Below are positions 35,552 through 43,814 of a stretch of DNA of 64,000 nucleotides, piece by piece; the stretch's first letter is position 1, and every line of letters starts with the position of its first letter. The notes under the pieces were generated by a model. The model made no database searches. It saw nothing but the letters and a program-made list of their open reading frames with translations, and had not been told where the DNA came from. Origin of the DNA: a virus. Location of the stretch: positions 20,682 through 84,681 of IMG/VR virus record IMGVR_UViG_3300017963_000235; one strand, given 5' to 3'. The position numbers and the translations under genes are program-made.

Positions 35552-35803
35552 CTAGGCAGGGTTAATGCGTCTGGTGAAGTCTTCACCTTCGCCGTCAGAG
35601 GTCCAGATAGTGACGAAACCTTTTGGAGGGTTTTCCTTGAGCAGTTTTGAGTGAGCTGCTCTAGCTTCGTATCCGTCTTTGTGAGTAGAGATGACAGCCC
35701 CACTGAAGAAAGATACGGATTCAAGATTGAGATCTCCATTTCTGTTTCTACGAAGTTTGTGGGTTTCTTTTGCGTAGGTCTCGTTGATAATTCCAAAAAG
35801 CAT
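35552..35803 (-). CDS. Hypothetical protein (83 aa)
   Basis: AAAGGAG RBS before the ATG at 35803, directly after element C. Confidence 0.6.
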   Translation of the reverse strand: MLFGIINETYAKETHKLRRNRNGDLNLESVSFFSGAVISTHKDGYEARAAHSKLLKENPPKGFVTIWTSDGEGEDFTRRINPA

Positions 35804-35823
35804 ATTGAGCTCCTTTGATTGTT

Positions 35824-35876
35824 TCCGCTTTATTGCGGCGGTCCCATGGATTTGAACGTGATCGCCTCCATGGGGT
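35824..35876 (-). repeat. Structured element copy C (inverted repeat of 2276-2328)
   Basis: Reverse complement is ACCCCATGGAGGCGATCACGTTCAAATCCATGGGACCGCCGCAATAAAGCGGA. Confidence 0.95.
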
Positions 35877-35885
35877 GGGCTTGGG

Positions 35886-36158
35886 CTAGTCTCGGGTGTT
35901 GGGGATGGCGTCGGATTCCTTTTCCGCCTCCATTCGCTGTGAAATCTTATAGAGATCGCTTTTTCTATAGCGCGCCTCCCGTATTTTCCAACATCTCTTG
36001 CTCCGCCAAAACGCGATTTTTCTAGAAATGATTGGATGCGCATGCCTCCATAACGCGCCAATGAAAAGCGGAATAACAACCACGGGCCATGGCCAATGGA
36101 TGCTGCCAGATACTCTTAATGTAGCAAGCACGATGAAGATAATTACGGTGACTGACAT
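35886..36158 (-). CDS. Small two-TM membrane protein
   Basis: IFIVLATLRVSGSIHWPWPVVVIPLFI matches the phage LKL.G.I.WSWWWV..P membrane-protein pattern. Confidence 0.65.
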   Translation of the reverse strand: MSVTVIIFIVLATLRVSGSIHWPWPVVVIPLFIGALWRHAHPIISRKIAFWRSKRCWKIREARYRKSDLYKISQRMEAEKESDAIPNTRD

Positions 36159-36203
36159 ACTGTGCTCTCTTTCTACCTCTCGGCAAGGGGTATGAAGATT
36201 AAC

Positions 36204-36262
36204 GCCTCACTACCTATAGTTATACTCCCCTCCGTTTTGTTGTCAAGAGAAAAAAGGAAAAT
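36204..36262 (-). promoter_or_regulatory. Early promoter P3
   Basis: Minus strand reads TTTTCCTTTTTTCTCTTGACAA...TATAACTATAGGTAGTGAGGC, matching P2. Confidence 0.8.
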
Positions 36263-36299
36263 AATTTTAAACTGTGAAAGTTATTTATCCGAGATAGGT

Positions 36300-36647
36300 T
36301 TAAAGGAAGTTATCTATAAGGACGCGGAGAATGAGAGAGGGGGTCACCCGTTGTTTGATTTCTAACGTGTGCTTAATCTCTATAGCGAATCTCTCTAGCT
36401 TCTCTTGTGTTTTACTTTCAAATTTAAGTTTAAGAAAGTGCTTCTCTACTTTTGTCCAAAAACCCCATTCCTCAGCCTGGTCTTCAATCATCTGTTTAGT
36501 GATTGAGTCCAAATGGGCATTGCATAAGCCCTCCATTATGGAAGTATTGGTTACCTTCGGATCATCTCCATATTTGAGATTGGCTTTTCTGATCCCAACT
36601 TTTCGTTGCTGATCGCTTGTAATATTAATTCCGTAAGAAGTAGGCAT
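36300..36647 (-). CDS. Putative tandem ribbon-helix-helix DNA-binding protein
   Basis: Two strand-helix-helix units (SYGINIT...TSIMEGLC..HL and FLKLKFE...PSLILRVLIDNFL); AAAGGA RBS. Confidence 0.45.
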   Translation of the reverse strand: MPTSYGINITSDQQRKVGIRKANLKYGDDPKVTNTSIMEGLCNAHLDSITKQMIEDQAEEWGFWTKVEKHFLKLKFESKTQEKLERFAIEIKHTLEIKQRVTPSLILRVLIDNFL

Positions 36648-36759
36648 AATTAATCCTTTCTAAAAATCATTCCTAAGATAAATATAGGAGTAGGAAAATC
36701 AAAGTCAAGATATTTTATTTTCCAAAGAAGAAGACTCCCAAAACTTTTACACTATCTAT

Positions 36760-36845
36760 ATACTCTATAAGATCTTAATAGGGGATCTTAAGATCTCTTA
36801 GTACTCAGATCCTGGTATTTAGATCTAGTAAGAGAGTACTGAAAT
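36760..36845. other. Candidate replication origin (AT-rich, clustered GATC)
   Basis: Five GATC in 55 bp (36771, 36784, 36792, 36808, 36822) and two AGTACT, in a divergent intergenic region before polA. Confidence 0.35.
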
Positions 36846-36875
36846 ATTGATAGAGAAAATTTTTCTTTTGCGTTT

Positions 36876-39800
36876 TTGGATTGGGGGGCTATATTGGAAA
36901 GAAGAAAGATTGACCGCAGGAAAAATTTCCCAATAACCCCTACGGTCAAACCAACTAAACATATGGATATATTTAAATCAAAGTTCGTAAATGTCAATGA
37001 TAAAATACAATTGGGGTTGTTTCTTCTTGGGTGGGAATGGGTTAATGGAAGTGCAATAAGTGGCGATGAGTCCGTTTGGTTTCTGAAATCAAATAACAAT
37101 TTCTGGTTGTATCAGGGTGATGATGGGGCGTGGAGAGTGTGGTTAAGGCGAGATGAGGAACCGGAATTAAACGGCGATTATTTAAGGGAATTGCAGTGGA
37201 AATGGGGTGAATTTGGTTCGTGGTCTCTCGCTGATTGGTTAGTGGCTACTCGGACAGTTAGCGATTACAGATTAGTTAATCGGTGGGCGTATAGGATTTT
37301 AGAGGGCGTAACCGATTCGTCTTTTGGTGAGTGTGGTTATTATGTTCCTGATGTTTTGGAAGAAATAGAACGCTTTGATAGAGATGTGTTTAGGTGTAGA
37401 TCTCGCCATGTTCACAAGGGAGATCTTATGGTCGCCTCTCATGACCGTATTGAAACCTCATTTTGGAACTCTGGTAAGATAACCTTTGCCACGGGTAAGG
37501 GAACAAACTTACGGAAGGCGTTTGATGTTGGTGGGGTGGGTGTTCCTGATAAAGGGGTTGTAGTTATTCGGTGCTCTAAGCGGGCTGAAAGGGTGGTTGT
37601 TTCCGAGTACTACAGGGATAATTGGGTGGTAGAGTTTGGTGATCAGTACTGGAAAGAGTTACCTGATGATCTGCGTAGAAAGCGCGAATCTAAAGCAATA
37701 CGTGAGGTTATGGATGAGCTCATACCGGGTAGAGTTGTTGTTATTGTGGACGTTCCCCGGTTTGTGAATCTAGGGTTTAAGATTCGGTCTGAGAAGACCT
37801 CTTGGGTTGATGAGTATAAACGGGGCGGAGTGAGCTGTTCTTATCTGTGGGAGAATGTTTATAGGGCGGCTAGTCATGTGGTGCTAGGGTTTGTGTGTAG
37901 GGATGGTAAGTATCGGATGTCTCCGGGTGGTTTTCCGGTCTTGGAGAGTGACGCGGATAATGCGGATCACCTGGTAGGGGCTCGTAATATTGCTAAGCCT
38001 AATAGGCCTGCTAGGTTGAGGAAAATCAAGACGGATCAGTTAGTGGAATCTAGATTAGAAATTGCGGATGAACGCGCTATAGTGTGGCGTCCTAAAGTTA
38101 GAGAAGCGGCTTGTGAGCTTCGGAAAGAGGAACTAGAAATGAGTGATAGTGGAAAAATTATAGTGTGCGTGGAGGGGGTTGATACCCTTGATTTGGTGAA
38201 GACGGTTTGGGGTTATCTTTCAGATTTTAAGTGTTTTTACTCGGATCATACGGATACGCTGTACTATTCTGATTGGGATGAGAAGAAAGATCCTAAGCGG
38301 AATCAGGTGTCTTTGTGGCAGGTAAAGCCGTATTGTCCCAGCATAAACAACAGGAAGATCTCTGAGATGCTTTTGGAGAGGTTTCTGTGGGTTGCGTCTA
38401 GTGGAGTTGCGGTACCAGCGCCCCTTTATCTGTTGGATGAGCTTATTCATAACGCTCCTAGGTTCCCTTCTATCGCTCAGTTTGGATCGGAGGCTAAAAC
38501 ATATCTTGCCGTTCCTGGGGATTCCGTGAGTTTGGGGGAGGCTACAGTAGAGCAGCGGGGATTGTTCGATGATATTTCCTTAGACCAATGGGATGTAAAG
38601 TACTTACGGGAGTTTAAACCGGAGTCAGGTAAGATCTATTACTTGGATACAGAGACTTCTGGGCCGGGTAAGGACGGGGCATTAGATCCCAACAAGAATA
38701 CTATAGAGTTGGTGCAGCTGAATGATGGGGATCAGATCCGGTTGTTGTCTGCGAGGGGCGCTACTGAGGGTGAGTTGATTGATTTCTTTAAGGCTTTGTA
38801 TTCGGGTAATCTGATAATCGGACATAACCTAGGGTTTGATGTGACCACTGTTTACGCGAAGACGGGGTTACTACCTGAGCGCATTTATGACACTATGTGG
38901 GCTGAGGTCATGATTGAGAACGCCACAGAGGAGAGGCCGCATAGACGGAGCGTCTTGATCGGGAAATCTCTAAGGGATGTGGTAGCTAAGCACCTAGATA
39001 TTCAGATGGATAAGGATATGCAAGTATCTAATTGGGCGGCCCAGCAATGGTCTTATGAACAGCTCCAGTATGCGCATAGAGATGTTGAGTATCTACCTGA
39101 GTTGGTTAAGCGTCAGGTTTATTTGCTCAATAGCTGGACGGTTTCCGGTTATGACGATCCTTGGTTAGATCTCGATAATAGGGTTTTCTGGTTGGAGATG
39201 GCGGTACTTAGGGAGGCTCTTTGCAAGATGATAGTTAATGGTGTTCCGATTAACTATGATTATGTATGTGAGCAGATCACAGAATCGCATAAGAAAGAGC
39301 TGGTGGCTAATGAGGCGTTCCAGCATAGATATCCTGCTGTGACGAAGATACGAAGTAATGATCAGGTTAAGAAGGCCTTACGATTAGACGGGGCAGATGT
39401 GGAGAATACACAGGAGAAGTACCTAAAGCAGTTCTATTCAGACACTAATCACGAGGGGGTTAAGTTGCTGATAAACTGTAAGAAGGAATCTCAGGTGTAT
39501 CGTAACCTGAAGAAATATAAGAGTTCGGTTTTATACCCACAATGGAAGTTGATTGGAGCCCCTGCGGGACGTATGGCGACCTCTAAGCCTACCGTTCAGA
39601 ATATCCCCAGAAGGATTAAGAATAATTTCTACGATCCCACCAAGCTACTTATTAGGGCAGACTATCCCGCTATTGAGCTTAGGATCTGTGCCGCGTATAA
39701 CGGGGTTCAATCTCTTATAGACGCATTCAATGGGGGCGTGGATACTCATAAGTTAACCGCCTCCAGGGTTTTAGGGGTTGATATAAGCGAGATTACAAAG

Positions 39801-40364
39801 GAGCAGAGGCAGCTTGCCAAGGGTTTGAATTACGGTCTTATCTACGGGATGGGGGCGTATAGACTGTGGGAATCTTTGCGGGATGATTACGGAGTAGATC
39901 TTACTTTGGAAGAGGCGGAATCCCACAGGGCATCTTTCTTCACAGCCTATCCTGAGATCAAGAGGTGGCATTATGCGACCTCAGGAGAGTTACGGGATCA
40001 TGGGGGGAAGATGGTTTACACCATGTTTGGGCGTCAGGTTTGGTACCCCGAGGAGGAGTATACCAATGCATTGAATGGGGCTATTCAGGGTACTGGTGCT
40101 GATATGCTCAAGATGGCCGTAGCATATTTGGTAAGGGAGCTCCCGGAATTGGGGGATACTCGATTAGTTTCTTTGATCCACGATGAGATTATTATAGAGT
40201 CCGAGATGAGTTATTTAGTAGGCGCTTCCAAGGCATTGAAAGATTCTATGGAGAAGGCAGCTAAGAATTTGTTACCGGATATTGAGACTCCGGTTGACGT
40301 TGAGGTGCAGATAGACGGAGAGTTTATAATGCTTGACGACTATTTAGAAGCGAAGAAAGGATAG
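36876..40364 (+). CDS. polA: Family A DNA polymerase with 3'-5' exonuclease and ~580-aa N-terminal extension
   Basis: Exo LDTET/GHNLGFD/YAHRD; pol GRMATSKP.VQNIPR, ADYPAIELRI, RQLAKGLNYGLIYG, NGAIQGTGAD, IHDEI. True start is uncertain (36876 TTG, 36963 ATG). Confidence 0.92.
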   Translation: MDWGAILERRKIDRRKNFPITPTVKPTKHMDIFKSKFVNVNDKIQLGLFLLGWEWVNGSAISGDESVWFLKSNNNFWLYQGDDGAWRVWLRRDEEPELNGDYLRELQWKWGEFGSWSLADWLVATRTVSDYRLVNRWAYRILEGVTDSSFGECGYYVPDVLEEIERFDRDVFRCRSRHVHKGDLMVASHDRIETSFWNSGKITFATGKGTNLRKAFDVGGVGVPDKGVVVIRCSKRAERVVVSEYYRDNWVVEFGDQYWKELPDDLRRKRESKAIREVMDELIPGRVVVIVDVPRFVNLGFKIRSEKTSWVDEYKRGGVSCSYLWENVYRAASHVVLGFVCRDGKYRMSPGGFPVLESDADNADHLVGARNIAKPNRPARLRKIKTDQLVESRLEIADERAIVWRPKVREAACELRKEELEMSDSGKIIVCVEGVDTLDLVKTVWGYLSDFKCFYSDHTDTLYYSDWDEKKDPKRNQVSLWQVKPYCPSINNRKISEMLLERFLWVASSGVAVPAPLYLLDELIHNAPRFPSIAQFGSEAKTYLAVPGDSVSLGEATVEQRGLFDDISLDQWDVKYLREFKPESGKIYYLDTETSGPGKDGALDPNKNTIELVQLNDGDQIRLLSARGATEGELIDFFKALYSGNLIIGHNLGFDVTTVYAKTGLLPERIYDTMWAEVMIENATEERPHRRSVLIGKSLRDVVAKHLDIQMDKDMQVSNWAAQQWSYEQLQYAHRDVEYLPELVKRQVYLLNSWTVSGYDDPWLDLDNRVFWLEMAVLREALCKMIVNGVPINYDYVCEQITESHKKELVANEAFQHRYPAVTKIRSNDQVKKALRLDGADVENTQEKYLKQFYSDTNHEGVKLLINCKKESQVYRNLKKYKSSVLYPQWKLIGAPAGRMATSKPTVQNIPRRIKNNFYDPTKLLIRADYPAIELRICAAYNGVQSLIDAFNGGVDTHKLTASRVLGVDISEITKEQRQLAKGLNYGLIYGMGAYRLWESLRDDYGVDLTLEEAESHRASFFTAYPEIKRWHYATSGELRDHGGKMVYTMFGRQVWYPEEEYTNALNGAIQGTGADMLKMAVAYLVRELPELGDTRLVSLIHDEIIIESEMSYLVGASKALKDSMEKAAKNLLPDIETPVDVEVQIDGEFIMLDDYLEAKKG

Positions 40365-40369
40365 ATGTC

Positions 40370-40864
40370 ATGAGCGGAGAGAAGAAATACGAAACTCTGA
40401 AGCCGTGTCCTAAGTGCCGTAATTGCAGCGTTTTTAATGAGTCGTTGACTGATATCGTTACGTGCGGAATATGCCAATATAGCGAGTCAGTGTTTACATG
40501 GAATGACCGCCCGATAGAGGATGCACTTGAGGAGGCGTTACGCTTGGCCAACGGTGACATTGCAGAACTGACCGGCGAGCGTAATGGGCTACAGACACAT
40601 GTGGATGCACTGCGGGCGAAGATTGAGGAGTTGAAGGACGAGTTGACAACGAGTAATAATCACGCAATGAGGATGGATCAGGATAACCAAGAAAAAGACG
40701 CCGAGATCGCTCGGTTGCGTGAGCAGAATGGGCAATTAAAAGGGAATCAGATTAAGGTGAAGTGTGATGCCTGTATAAAAAAGGGGATGCCATGTGAGAT
40801 TAGATGGGCGGGAAGAGGGGTTACTTTCTGTAGTGCAGGCGTCCCGCGAAAGGGTGGTAAGTGA
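40370..40864 (+). CDS. Lar-like zinc-ribbon plus coiled-coil protein
   Basis: LKPCPKC...VTCGIC...WNDR motif. Confidence 0.55.
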   Translation: MSGEKKYETLKPCPKCRNCSVFNESLTDIVTCGICQYSESVFTWNDRPIEDALEEALRLANGDIAELTGERNGLQTHVDALRAKIEELKDELTTSNNHAMRMDQDNQEKDAEIARLREQNGQLKGNQIKVKCDACIKKGMPCEIRWAGRGVTFCSAGVPRKGGK

Positions 40865-41421
40865 CTATGGGAATAGGGCACGGACCTAACGACGTAGGGT
40901 GCTGGAACTACGAGTGCTCCAGAAACCATTATAACAATTGTGAGATGGCTTGTGCTGATGCGGAGTTAGAACCATCTGATGATTCTACACAGGATGCAGA
41001 GAATGAAATCCCACGAAAGGAAACTTTAATGAGTGAAGAGAATAATAAACCTGAAGAGGCTGAAAAGAAATCGGATGTCATAGAGGTGAAGGAGGAAGTC
41101 TATAACCGTATGTTGGGTCAGTTAGGGCAATTGGCTTCTGTGGTTCAGTCGCAACGAATGGCCCTTGATTTTGAGCGTAGGGTAGTCAAATCCAGGGTAG
41201 TAACCTTGGAGTCTGTGGAGACTATCCTAGAGGATCTTGATGTGGGTTTATCGGGAGCACGTAAGATCATAGAGGCGGTCAATGCGTGGATGGATGCTAA
41301 GGAAAAAGAGGTTAGGAAAATTGCGCAGGGGGAGATGAATAGATGGGTAGAGGAGCAGAAGGCCTCTATAGAGCAGCTTAGGCAAAAACAGCAGGGGTTA
41401 GAAGATGGCAATCCTACGTGA
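40861..41421 (+). CDS. Hypothetical coiled-coil protein
   Basis: Coupled ORF; alternative start at MSEENN after AAAGG. Confidence 0.55.
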   Translation: MTMGIGHGPNDVGCWNYECSRNHYNNCEMACADAELEPSDDSTQDAENEIPRKETLMSEENNKPEEAEKKSDVIEVKEEVYNRMLGQLGQLASVVQSQRMALDFERRVVKSRVVTLESVETILEDLDVGLSGARKIIEAVNAWMDAKEKEVRKIAQGEMNRWVEEQKASIEQLRQKQQGLEDGNPT

Positions 41422-42448
41422 TCTCCACTCGCATTTACAACCGTTTGAGTTCACTCCGGATGATTTTTATGTAGGGAGATCTGAGATCCCCAGGGCGTTT
41501 GTGTATGCTGTCACTAAAAAGATAAAGCCTGCATATGTGCGGCTGTTAGAGGGGGGTCTTAGGTTAGTCGGGAAAAACTACAGGCTTTACGAGGCCTATA
41601 AGATTTTTACCAGTGATTTAGCTTATCAGATAAGGCGCTATCAGGACAATATGGAGAAGAGTGGGGTTAGTTCAGGGGTGGCTCATGTGATAGACCTTAA
41701 TCCTCTGGATACACCAGACTACTATGGTACAGGGGCATTACCTTATGAGGCTATATTAGAGGCCTATGTAGAGGCCTTGAAAGGTCAGGATCCAAACAAA
41801 CCACAGATAAGGCTGTTCTTAGGTGTGGATCCAAGGCGTGCGAATGTTCTTGAGTTGATGGAGAAGTTTTTAACGGGTCCTGATACTCCCTTTATTGGGG
41901 TTAAGGTCTATCCAAAATTGGGGTGGAAGGTTAATGATCATCGCAGATCGTTCTGGTATAGTAAGACTCTATATCGGATCTATGCGTTCTGCGCATCTCT
42001 AGGTATTCCCATGATGTCTCATACCTCTGGTGGGGGTTTATCGGGGCCTGATGGTATGAGAACAGATGTGAATGAGTGGCATGATGTTCTTTTTGATTTC
42101 CCTAAGTTACATGTTTGTCTAGCCCATTCTGGAGGGAGTTATTCTTTTCTTAAGCAGAGGGGTATGTGGTTGGATGTGGAGCGTGTTCTTCTAGAGCATG
42201 AGTTTGCATTTAGTGGGCTGTCGTTTCATGAGCACATGGTATCTAGGAGATCCGAATATCAGCGTTCTTTCCTTAAGGTTATGGGATCCGGTGTGGCGAA
42301 TAAGCTTCTATGGGGGATCGATTGGCCTTTTACAAGTATTCTGTATCCGTATTCTGCTGGTGTATCGGCGTTTAGGGCGATAGCTGGGGAGTCCAATTTA
42401 GAGATAGTGTCAGATAATACTGATTGTTATCTAGGTATTAGCGTCTGA
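41405..42448 (+). CDS. Amidohydrolase superfamily protein (Amidohydro_2-like TIM barrel)
   Basis: DLHSH, GVDPRR, GVKVYPKLG, SHT, LAHSGG and WGIDWP metal-binding motifs. Confidence 0.85.
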   Translation: MAILRDLHSHLQPFEFTPDDFYVGRSEIPRAFVYAVTKKIKPAYVRLLEGGLRLVGKNYRLYEAYKIFTSDLAYQIRRYQDNMEKSGVSSGVAHVIDLNPLDTPDYYGTGALPYEAILEAYVEALKGQDPNKPQIRLFLGVDPRRANVLELMEKFLTGPDTPFIGVKVYPKLGWKVNDHRRSFWYSKTLYRIYAFCASLGIPMMSHTSGGGLSGPDGMRTDVNEWHDVLFDFPKLHVCLAHSGGSYSFLKQRGMWLDVERVLLEHEFAFSGLSFHEHMVSRRSEYQRSFLKVMGSGVANKLLWGIDWPFTSILYPYSAGVSAFRAIAGESNLEIVSDNTDCYLGISV

Positions 42449-42575
42449 AGAAAAAAAGTTGCAAAAAGTTCTGGACTATTTCGGAGCTTTAATTACAGTA
42501 GAGTTAGGAAGTGAGACTTCCGGAAAGGTGCTGTATGTCGGTTTCACAATTCGCGACAAAGAATAGGAGAGGGGA

Positions 42576-43112
42576 ATGATAGTTCTATTAGAGGGGCCGA
42601 ATGGCGTAGGGAAAACTACAGTATCTAAGATTATCCAAGACAAGTATCCGAATTGTGGCTATCAACATTTCCCTACTGAGGGACCTCCTGACGGTGCAGA
42701 TTTTAGGTGGTTTATCAGAGACTACACAAAGGTTTTTTATTCTTTGGATCCTGACCGGGTGCATATTGTCGATAGGCTGTGGCCGTCTACAGTAGCGTAC
42801 CAGGAGGTTAATCTTTATAGATACCCTGTTATTGTCCCTTATATATCGTCATGCTTTTCAGGTTCGTTGAATTACTATCTCAGGCTAGATGCTACGGACC
42901 TGCGTAAAAGACAGCAAAGAGGGAATAAGGGTAGGATGGACCGGGATGCTAAAGGGGTTGTGGTGGACCCTTGTTACTCAATGGTTCAGAGGTATGATCA
43001 TTTAGTCGCTTGTGATTTAGATAACTGGATTATTCTGGACGCCATTAAGGCTCCGGAGGATCTTGCTGACATTATAATAGAGGGGATTGAGAATGCTAGA
43101 AGCAAAAATTAA
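42576..43112 (+). CDS. Thymidylate/dNMP kinase
   Basis: LEGPNGVGKTT P-loop, HFP, IVDRLWPSTVAYQ. Confidence 0.85.
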   Translation: MIVLLEGPNGVGKTTVSKIIQDKYPNCGYQHFPTEGPPDGADFRWFIRDYTKVFYSLDPDRVHIVDRLWPSTVAYQEVNLYRYPVIVPYISSCFSGSLNYYLRLDATDLRKRQQRGNKGRMDRDAKGVVVDPCYSMVQRYDHLVACDLDNWIILDAIKAPEDLADIIIEGIENARSKN

Positions 43113-43287
43113 GATGTGCATTGTTAGTTTTGATTGTCCGACTAAAGGTGTGGAGACTGAGGTGTGTTTATTGGATCGTGAAGTGGAGCTCTCTGTTCGT
43201 GTGGTGAAGGGTCGTGCAACGATGCGCGTTAGATGCCCTCTATGTGGGAAGGTCCATAAGCTACTTTTACAGGGGGTTGAGGGATGA
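43087..43287 (+). CDS. Small zinc-ribbon protein
   Basis: CP...CPLCGKVH. Confidence 0.5.
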   Translation: MRMLEAKIKMCIVSFDCPTKGVETEVCLLDREVELSVRVVKGRATMRVRCPLCGKVHKLLLQGVEG

Positions 43288-43814
43288 GGTTTCATGGTAG
43301 GCAGTGGAGAGCTGTACGGGAGTCTTTGATCTTTCGTGGGGGTGGTGCTTTGATGTTGGAGTTCCCTAGCGGGGCCTCTATGCCTGATAGGTTGTGGAGC
43401 CCCCTTGTGGTTGTTACCAGAGAGTTAAATGAGAACAACGAATCTGTATTGGCTTTTTGGGATCCGACCAGGTATCTTCAGGCGTTGGTTGATGGTTTTG
43501 AAGGTATTCCGTGGGATGTCGATTTTGTGTTGGATGAAAGGAAATACCGTAGGGTTGATCCTGATTCTATGGTTAATCTGAAGGAAACGGTATTAGCGGG
43601 TCCTGATTCCAATCAAGAGGCACTATGGTTGGCAGCACGTTATTGGGCTCTTTGGAGGGCTGTATTGCAGGGCGATGTATGTGATAGGGAGGATGTTGTA
43701 GAGTTATATACGAGTTTAGGGTACGGGGGTTTGATAGCCGCGATTAATGACGGGGTTATTTTTCCTGTCAGTGTTACTGAGGTTCCCGTGGAATGTAGGG
43801 GGTTACATGCGTAG
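43284..43814 (+). CDS. Hypothetical protein
   Basis: Coupled ORF in the replication operon. Confidence 0.6.
   Translation: MRFHGRQWRAVRESLIFRGGGALMLEFPSGASMPDRLWSPLVVVTRELNENNESVLAFWDPTRYLQALVDGFEGIPWDVDFVLDERKYRRVDPDSMVNLKETVLAGPDSNQEALWLAARYWALWRAVLQGDVCDREDVVELYTSLGYGGLIAAINDGVIFPVSVTEVPVECRGLHA

Noticed and set aside
35515-36079. Long starts for ORFs 34801..35796 and 35552..36079
   Set aside because: RBSs and a signal peptide support starts at 35514 and 35803; the longer versions overlap other genes and element C.
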